From Mycolicibacterium smegmatis (GTDB taxonomy: Bacteria > Actinomycetota > Actinomycetes > Mycobacteriales > Mycobacteriaceae), in the NCBI RefSeq assembly GCF_001457595.1, contig NZ_LN831039.1, positions 150,001 through 182,000 of the forward strand: 32,000 bases of DNA, in the 5' to 3' direction. A program made the position numbers and the translations under genes. The notes below the pieces were generated by a model. That model worked only from the letters and a program-made list of their open reading frames with translations, searched no databases and was not told where the DNA came from. This document shows, piece after piece, positions 26,136 through 32,000 of this stretch (its first letter is position 1; every line of letters starts with the position of its first letter).

Positions 26136-27692
26136 ATGCTGCTGACTCGCTTCATCAAGATGCAGCTCGTCATCTTCCTCACGCTGACGCTGGTGGCGCT
26201 GGTGGTGCTCGCGCTGTTCTACCTGCGCCTGCCGACGTGGGCCGGGCTCGGCATGTACAAGCTCAATGCCGACCTGCCCAACTCGGGCGGCCTGTACGCC
26301 ACCGCCAACGTCACCTACCGGGGCACCACGATCGGCAAGGTGACTTCGGTGGAGCCCAGCGAGACGGGCGCGCGGGTCGAGATGAACATCTACGACCGGT
26401 ACAAGATCCCGGCCGACGCGACGGCCAACGTGCACTCGGTGTCGGCCGTCGGTGAGCAGTTCATCGACCTGACCTCCGACTCCGGGGGCGGCGCCTACTT
26501 CCAGCCCGGCGACACCATCACCAAGGCGACGGTGCCCGCCGAGGTGGGCCCGGCGCTCGACGCCGCCGAGAAGGGTCTGGCGGTGCTGCCGAAGGAGAAG
26601 ATCGGCACGCTGCTCGACGAGGCGGCCACGGCGTTCGGCGGCCTCGGGCCGTCACTGCAGCGCCTCGTCGATTCGACGCAGGCCATCGCAGGTGACTTCC
26701 GGGCCAACATCGATCCGGTCAACGACATCATCGAGAACTCCGGGCCGATCATCGACAGCCAGGTGAACTCGGGCGACGCGATCCAGCGGTGGGCGGCCAA
26801 CCTCAACACCCTGGCCGCGCAGAGCGCCCAGAACGACGAGGCGCTGCGCAGCGGCCTGCAGCAGGCGGCTCCGACGGCCGATCAGCTCAACGCGGTGTTC
26901 AGCGACGTCCGCGAGTCGTTGCCACAGACGCTGGCGAACCTCGAGATCGTCATCGACATGCTCAAGCGCTACAACAAGAACGTCGAGCAGGTCCTGGTGG
27001 CGCTGCCCCAGGGCGCCGCGGTGGCTCAGACCGGCACGATCTTCGCGCCTGAGGGTCTGCTGCACTTCGGTCTCGGCATCAACGCCCCGCCGCCGTGCCT
27101 GACGGGCTTCCTGCCCGCGTCGCAGTGGCGCTCGCCGGCCGATACGCGCACCGAACCGCTGCCGTCGGGCCTGTACTGCAAGATCCCGAAGGACGCGCCC
27201 AACGCGGTCCGTGGTGCCCGCAACTATCCCTGTGCCGACGTGCCGGGCAAGCGGGCCGCCACACCGCGGGAATGCCGTAGCGACGAGCCCTACCAGCCGC
27301 TGGGCACCAACCCCTGGTACGGCGATCCGGACCAGATCCGCAACTGCCCGGCTCCCGGGGCCCGCTGCGATCAGCCGGTCGATCCGGGACGTGTGATCCC
27401 GGCGCCGTCGATCAACAACGGGCTCAACCCGTTGCCCGCGAGCCAGCTGCCGCCGCCCGAGGTGAGTTCGGGCCCGAGCAGCGATCCGTTGACCGCACCG
27501 CGCGGTGGCACGGTGACGTGTAGTGGACAGCAACCCAACCCTTGCATCTACACTCCGGCTGCAGGCGCGACCGCGACCTACAACCCGGCCAGCGGTGAGG
27601 TGGTCGGCCCAGGCGGTGTGAAGTACTCCGTCACTAACTCGAATACCCCAGGAGATGACGGATGGAAGGAGATGCTGGCGCCAGCCAGCTGA
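26136..27692 (+). CDS. mce1F: Mce-family protein Mce1F
   Basis: TM helix plus MCE domain (VTYRGTTIGKVTSVEP, VHSVSAVGEQFIDL). 518 aa. Starts 3 nt after the mce1E stop. Confidence 0.9.
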   Translation: MLLTRFIKMQLVIFLTLTLVALVVLALFYLRLPTWAGLGMYKLNADLPNSGGLYATANVTYRGTTIGKVTSVEPSETGARVEMNIYDRYKIPADATANVHSVSAVGEQFIDLTSDSGGGAYFQPGDTITKATVPAEVGPALDAAEKGLAVLPKEKIGTLLDEAATAFGGLGPSLQRLVDSTQAIAGDFRANIDPVNDIIENSGPIIDSQVNSGDAIQRWAANLNTLAAQSAQNDEALRSGLQQAAPTADQLNAVFSDVRESLPQTLANLEIVIDMLKRYNKNVEQVLVALPQGAAVAQTGTIFAPEGLLHFGLGINAPPPCLTGFLPASQWRSPADTRTEPLPSGLYCKIPKDAPNAVRGARNYPCADVPGKRAATPRECRSDEPYQPLGTNPWYGDPDQIRNCPAPGARCDQPVDPGRVIPAPSINNGLNPLPASQLPPPEVSSGPSSDPLTAPRGGTVTCSGQQPNPCIYTPAAGATATYNPASGEVVGPGGVKYSVTNSNTPGDDGWKEMLAPAS

Positions 27693-28270
27693 ACCCCACC
27701 GATCAGCAGCAGGAACACACAGAGCCACAGATCGAGCAGACGACCGTAGAGGCTGACGCACGGCGCCCGTCCAGGCTGGGACGGGGCTGGATGGCCACGG
27801 TGTGCGCTGCGCTGGTCCTGGTGGCCGCCGCGCTGGGCGTCGGGGGTTACCTGGCGTTGCGTTCGCATCTCGACAGCAACGTGATCGCCCGTGACGAGGC
27901 CGAGGCGACGCAGGCCGCCAAGGACTGTGTCACCGCCACACAGGCTCCCGACACCGCGGCGATGGCCGCTGCGCAGGCCAAGATCATCGAATGCGCGACC
28001 GGCGACTTCGGTGCGCAGGCCGTGCTCTACAGCGGCATCCTGCTGGACGCCTACCAGGCCGCGAACGTGCAGGTGCAGGTGTCGGACATGCGTGCCGCGG
28101 TCGAGAAGCACAATGACGACGGGTCGATGGATCTGCTGGTCGCGGTGCGCGTACTGGTGACCAACACCGAGAAGGCCAACGAGGAGCAGGGCTACCGGTT
28201 GCGGGTGAAGATGGCCCGCGACGAGGACGGGCTCTACAAAGTCGCGCGGCTCGACCAGGTCACATCGTGA
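27662..28270 (+). CDS. mas1A: Mce-associated membrane protein (Mas1A, Rv0175-like)
   Basis: Single N-terminal TM (WMATVCAALVLVAAALGVGGYLAL) followed by a periplasmic domain. It is the first of four small membrane genes after mce1F, as in Rv0175-Rv0178. ATG 27662 has SD AGGAGA at 27650-27655 and lies 31 nt inside mce1F. Confidence 0.8.
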   Translation: MEGDAGASQLNPTDQQQEHTEPQIEQTTVEADARRPSRLGRGWMATVCAALVLVAAALGVGGYLALRSHLDSNVIARDEAEATQAAKDCVTATQAPDTAAMAAAQAKIIECATGDFGAQAVLYSGILLDAYQAANVQVQVSDMRAAVEKHNDDGSMDLLVAVRVLVTNTEKANEEQGYRLRVKMARDEDGLYKVARLDQVTS

Positions 28271-29235
28271 GTTCTGTGCTCGACACCCCGGCTGCCGCCG
28301 AGGATGCAGTGATCGACCAGGCGCCTCTGGCGTCGTGGCAGGCGCGGGCCGGTGCGTTCGCGATCGACATGCTGCCCGGTGCGGGCACCGTCGTCACGCT
28401 TGCCCTGCTGGCGTGGACGGCGCCGCTGCTGGGCTGGGTCTGGTGGGTCTACACCGGGGCCGCGGTGCTCGTCGTGGGTGCGGTGCTGGCCAACCGCGTC
28501 CTGGTGCCCACCACCCGCGGCTGGACACTGGGCCGTGCCGTCGTCGGCATCCGCGTCGTCAAGGCCGACGGTGGTGACGTCGGGATGGTGCGCCTGCTGC
28601 TACGCGACCTGGCGCACGTGCTGGACACCCTCGCGGTGTTCGTCGGCTGGTTGTGGCCCCTATGGGACGCGCGTAACCGGACCTTCGCCGACCTGCTGAC
28701 CCGTACCGAGGTGCGCCGCGCGACGCCCGCTGCCGGCGACGTGCGGCGGTTGGCGGGCAAGGTCATGCTCGCGGCCGTTGCGGTGTGCGCCGTCGCGGTG
28801 GCGCTCGGGTACTTCGCGGTGTTCCGCCCCCAGGAGGCCGTGCACGAGGCCCGCGAGCAGATCGCCAACGAGGGGCCCCGGATCGTCGAGCAGATGCTGA
28901 GCTACGGCGTCGACTCGTTCAACGAGGACCTCGACAAGGCCCAGACGCTGGCCACCGACAACTACCGTCCCGAGTTGGTCAGGCAGCAGGACGTGATCCG
29001 CAAGGCCGGCCCGACCACCAACGAATACTGGGCCGTCACCAGCGCGGTGCTGTCGGCGAGCAAGAACGACGCGTCCATGCTGCTGGCGTTGCAGGGTCAG
29101 CGCGGCACCAATCCGCAGGACCTCAAGTTCCTCACCGCGACCGTGCGGGTGGACTTCCGCAAGACCGGTGACGCCTGGCAGGTCGACAATCTCACGGTGC
29201 TCAAGAAGCCGAACCTGAACGGGGCGGCGCAATGA
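28267..29235 (+). CDS. mas1B: Mce-associated membrane protein with N-terminal RDD domain (Mas1B, Rv0176-like)
   Basis: RDD-type N-terminal membrane domain (RAGAFAIDMLPG..., LLRDLAHVLD, WDARNRTFADLL) plus a C-terminal Mas-type domain. GTG 28267 overlaps the mas1A stop (GTGA). Confidence 0.8.
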   Translation: MSSVLDTPAAAEDAVIDQAPLASWQARAGAFAIDMLPGAGTVVTLALLAWTAPLLGWVWWVYTGAAVLVVGAVLANRVLVPTTRGWTLGRAVVGIRVVKADGGDVGMVRLLLRDLAHVLDTLAVFVGWLWPLWDARNRTFADLLTRTEVRRATPAAGDVRRLAGKVMLAAVAVCAVAVALGYFAVFRPQEAVHEAREQIANEGPRIVEQMLSYGVDSFNEDLDKAQTLATDNYRPELVRQQDVIRKAGPTTNEYWAVTSAVLSASKNDASMLLALQGQRGTNPQDLKFLTATVRVDFRKTGDAWQVDNLTVLKKPNLNGAAQ

Positions 29236-29780
29236 GCCCGCGGCGCAGGATCGATGCGTCCGAACGCGATTACTTCGCGGTCGAGGTCGAGCCCCCGTTC
29301 CGCTGGGGTCTGCCGCTGGTGGCGCTGGTGTCGGCGCTGCTGATCGCGGCGGCCATCGCGGGCAGCACGCTGATGCTGGTGCGGCACGAGAGCGACCGGC
29401 GCACCGAGATCAAGAACGCGGCGGCGCTGGGTTACGTGCGCGAGTTCATGACGATGTACACGACGCTGGATCCGTTCCACGCCAACGAATACACCGACCG
29501 CATCCTCACGCAGGCGACCGGCGATTTCCACAAGATGTTCAAGGAAAAGCAGAACGAGATCAACATCCAGGTCGCCCGCAACGAGCCCACCGCAGGCAGC
29601 GTCCTGGAGGCCGGGGTGCAGCGGTGGAACGACGACGGCAGTGCCGACGTTCTCGTCGCCACCAAGACCACCACCCGGTTGCCCGACGGCAAGACATTCG
29701 AAAGCGGAAGTCGTTGGGTCGCAACGACCATCCTGGAAGGACAGCAGTGGAAGATCAGCCAGCTGATTCAGGTGATCTGA
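29232..29780 (+). CDS. mas1C: Mce-associated membrane protein (Mas1C, Rv0177-like)
   Basis: One TM (LPLVALVSALLIAAAIAGSTLML) plus a roughly 130-aa domain ending ..QQWKISQLIQVI, paralogous in layout to the C-terminal domains of the flanking mas genes. ATGA overlap with mas1B. Confidence 0.8.
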   Translation: MSPRRRIDASERDYFAVEVEPPFRWGLPLVALVSALLIAAAIAGSTLMLVRHESDRRTEIKNAAALGYVREFMTMYTTLDPFHANEYTDRILTQATGDFHKMFKEKQNEINIQVARNEPTAGSVLEAGVQRWNDDGSADVLVATKTTTRLPDGKTFESGSRWVATTILEGQQWKISQLIQVI

Positions 29781-30634
29781 CCACCCCGGCCAGACGTCGT
29801 CGTTGGGGATTCCCGCTCCGGCGACGCCAGGCCGAACCTGCCGAGCAGTCGGAGGCCATAGGTGAGGGCACCGAGCCGTCAACCGAGGTCGGGAGCGAGT
29901 CCGACGGGGAGACCAAGCCGCGCCCGGTTGGCAAGCGCCAGCGGACCGCGCTGTCCACTGGGGAGCAGACCGCCGAGGACCAGACCGAGGAGGCCGCCGA
30001 GGCCGCCGCCGGCGAGGCATCCACGGAGACAGAGGAATCCGAGGTATCGGAACCTGTCGCGACCGACGAGCCCGACGAGGATCAGCCCACGCAGAACATC
30101 GTCTTCGCCCCCTTCCGGCCGGCGGGCAAGGGACTGACCTATGCTGCGATCGCCGCGGCGACACTGTTTGTCGCCGCAGGCGCGTTCGCCGGCGCGACGG
30201 TGTGGCCGTATCTGTCGGACCGCGCGCTGGTGGACACGAAAGTGCAAGTGGCGCAGACCTCCGCCGACGCCATCACCACGCTGTGGACGTACACACCGGA
30301 GAACATCGACACGCTGCCGGACCGTGCGTCGCGGTTCTTGTCGAACGACTTCGCCGCCGAGTACCGCCAGTTCATCGACTCGATCGTGCCGTCCAACAAG
30401 CAGGCGCAGATCACCAACAACACGCAGGTGGTCGGTACCGCGGTCGAGAGCATCAGCGCCAATGAGGCGACGGCCATCGTCTACACCAACTCGGTGTCGA
30501 CCAGCCCCGTGACCAAGAACGTGCCGTCGCTGCGGTATCTGTCGTATCGATTGACTCTGGTTCGCAGTGACGGGGACTGGCGGATCACTCAGATGCCTGC
30601 CCTGACGCAGTTGGACCTCTCGCCGCAGCTGTAG
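29747..30634 (+). CDS. mas1D: Mce-associated membrane protein with a long acidic N-terminal extension (Mas1D, Rv0178-like)
   Basis: TM (YAAIAAATLFVAAGAFAGATVW) plus a Mas-type C-domain ending ..DWRITQMPALTQL. The start is ambiguous: GTG 29747 (SD GGAAGGA 5 nt upstream) is preferred, with TTG 29714 and GTG 29624 as alternatives. No canonical start exists between the mas1C stop and the TM helix. Confidence 0.7.
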   Translation: MEDQPADSGDLTTPARRRRWGFPLRRRQAEPAEQSEAIGEGTEPSTEVGSESDGETKPRPVGKRQRTALSTGEQTAEDQTEEAAEAAAGEASTETEESEVSEPVATDEPDEDQPTQNIVFAPFRPAGKGLTYAAIAAATLFVAAGAFAGATVWPYLSDRALVDTKVQVAQTSADAITTLWTYTPENIDTLPDRASRFLSNDFAAEYRQFIDSIVPSNKQAQITNNTQVVGTAVESISANEATAIVYTNSVSTSPVTKNVPSLRYLSYRLTLVRSDGDWRITQMPALTQLDLSPQL

Positions 30635-30636
30635 CG

Positions 30637-31305
30637 ATGGCCATCGCCTCGCCGGTCTCGGAGCGGCTCACGGTCACCGCGCTCCTGCTGTTGACTGTTG
30701 CGACCGGGCTCGTCGATGCGATCAGCGTGCTGGTCCTGGGGCATGTGTTCGTCGCCAACATGACGGGCAACGTGATCTTCCTGGGCTTCTGGTTCGTGCC
30801 GCACTCAGGGGTCGATCTCACCGCGGCGGTCGTCGCGTTTCCCGCATTCGTGGTGGGGACCATCATCGGTGGACGCCTGGCCCGGCACCTCGACGGGCAG
30901 GTCCGAACCTGGCTGACGACCGCACTGGGTGTGGAAGTCGTCCTGCTGACGGTGCTTTCGATCCTCGCAGGCACCGGTGTGCTCGACTACCAGGACAACA
31001 CCAAGCTGTTCCTCATCGCGGGCCTGGCCATCACATTCGGTATCCAGAACGCGACGGCACGCCAGTTCGGGATCCAGGAGCTGAGCACCACCGTGCTGAC
31101 CTCCACCATCGTCGGACTCGGGTTCGACAGCCGGCTGGCCGGCGGAACGGGCGAGCGCGAGAAGTTGCGCTATGCCGTCGTCGCGACCATGTGCCTGGGT
31201 GCGGTGATCGGTGCGACGCTGTCGAGATTCACTGTGGCACCGGTGATCGCGCTGGCCGCCGTGGTGATCGCGACCAGCGCGTGCATCTTCCGGTTCGGCC
31301 GCTAG
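30637..31305 (+). CDS. DUF1275 / YoaK-family integral membrane protein
   Basis: 222 aa, about six hydrophobic helices. The family hallmark is near the N-terminus: TGLVDAISVLVLGHVFVANMTGNVIFLG. The ATG lies 2 nt after the mas1D stop. Confidence 0.8.
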   Translation: MAIASPVSERLTVTALLLLTVATGLVDAISVLVLGHVFVANMTGNVIFLGFWFVPHSGVDLTAAVVAFPAFVVGTIIGGRLARHLDGQVRTWLTTALGVEVVLLTVLSILAGTGVLDYQDNTKLFLIAGLAITFGIQNATARQFGIQELSTTVLTSTIVGLGFDSRLAGGTGEREKLRYAVVATMCLGAVIGATLSRFTVAPVIALAAVVIATSACIFRFGR

Positions 31306-32000
31306 AACGGTGGGGGTTTGTTGTGTTCGGCGACGAGGTCGTCGTTGAGTTTGCGTTCGGCGGCGATGGTGCGGGCGGTGTTCTGGGCGCGGGTGCGGCG
31401 TCGTTTGGGCATCTTGACCCCGCGCAGGTCGGGGTCGGCGGTAGGGATCGGGGTGGCCGGTAGGTCCAGTGCGCCGGTGGGTGCGGCCAGTTCGGTGATC
31501 GACAGGCGCCGGTGGCTTCCGGGCACAGTGGTGTACTGCCGCCCGGAAGGGGAGGTCCATACGATGGTGCCGTCGGGGTGTTGTCGGTCTGTCCAGCCGC
31601 GGGGGCCGGTCCAGAACGTTTTCAGAAGATGATGAAAACGACACAGACACTTCAGGTTTGAGGCATGCGTGGGCCCTGCGGGATAGGGCACGGTGTGGTC
31701 GAGGTCGCAGCGGTCGGCGGGTTTGTCGCAGCCGGGGAACCGGCAGGTCAAATCGCGGCAGCGCACATAGTCCGCGAGCGCGCGTGAGGGGATGTAGCGG
31801 TCTTCCGGTGCGGTGTCGCCGGGGTGGATCAGCGGGCGGATGGTGGCGTTGTTGATGATCTCGGCCAGCGCGTAGGCCGGCAGCACTCCCCCACCGAACA
31901 GCACGGCCGGCGGAACGCGGTCCAGCGGGTGCTCGTCGGGGTCGAGGAACGCCGCTGGGGTGTCGCTGCTGTTGTCGGTGAACTCGGTGACGCTGACAGA
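31302..32000 (-). CDS. DUF222/HNH endonuclease family protein (REP13E12-like), C-terminal part; the reading frame stays open to the right edge
   Basis: HNH signature CRFPGCDKPADRCDLDHTVPYPAGPTHASNLKCLCRFHHLLKT, followed by GW.DRQHPDGTIVWTSPSGRQY. I translated the frame upstream of the track start (31904) and found no stop up to 32000, so the gene is truncated by the window. Confidence 0.85.
   Translation of the reverse strand, partial: SVSVTEFTDNSSDTPAAFLDPDEHPLDRVPPAVLFGGGVLPAYALAEIINNATIRPLIHPGDTAPEDRYIPSRALADYVRCRDLTCRFPGCDKPADRCDLDHTVPYPAGPTHASNLKCLCRFHHLLKTFWTGPRGWTDRQHPDGTIVWTSPSGRQYTTVPGSHRRLSITELAAPTGALDLPATPIPTADPDLRGVKMPKRRRTRAQNTARTIAAERKLNDDLVAEHNKPPPF

Noticed and set aside
19449-30164. 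A series of long minus-strand ORFs under the mce/mas genes (19449-20672, 20615-21328, 21658-22839, 23320-24600, 24522-25328, 25356-26435, 26652-27761, 29097-30164)
   Set aside because: All are antisense shadows of strongly supported plus-strand Mce/Mas genes. They are Arg/Gly/Asp/His-rich, lack motifs, and their ends do not respect each other or any SD.
30805-31650. 281-aa minus-strand ORF bridging the DUF1275 and HNH genes
   Set aside because: It is Arg/Pro/His-rich junk that crosses a convergent gene boundary. Both overlapped genes have clear family signatures.

Overview
This is a high-GC actinobacterial chromosome, almost certainly Mycobacteriaceae and probably a fast-growing, Mycolicibacterium smegmatis-like organism. 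That assignment rests on protein similarity and synteny recalled from memory, not on a search. The right half (15.1-30.6 kb) is a complete mce1 lipid-import locus. Its gene order is Zn-ADH, thioesterase, SRPBCC, GntR (mce1R), fadD5, yrbE1A/B, mce1A-F and four mas genes, which matches M. tuberculosis Rv0162c-Rv0178. A DUF1275/YoaK membrane gene sits 2 nt behind the last mas gene, and a truncated DUF222/HNH (REP13E12-like) gene converges on it at the right edge. The left half carries metabolic and transport modules:
- a pntA 5' fragment
- a CorA-like channel with a non-canonical GQN motif
- a tauCAB-type ABC importer
- a translationally coupled alpha/beta-hydrolase plus type II HAD (dehalogenase-like) pair, divergent from a CGNR zinc-finger gene across an almost perfectly mirror-symmetric 84-bp spacer
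- a TetR+SDR pair
- a TctCBA tripartite tricarboxylate transporter
- a GntR gene coupled to a mandelate-racemase-subgroup dehydratase, with a perfect AT-rich palindrome on its start codon

I saw no rRNA, tRNA, CRISPR array, IS element, prophage or toxin-antitoxin/defence cassette. I could not support any claim of a wholly new multi-gene system. The best leads are the DUF1275 gene appended to mce1, the CGNR/dehalogenase-like cassette with its nested dyad, the GQN CorA variant, and the structured fadD5-yrbE1A spacer. Many long Arg/Pro/Gly-rich ORFs in the track are high-GC shadow frames and were rejected.
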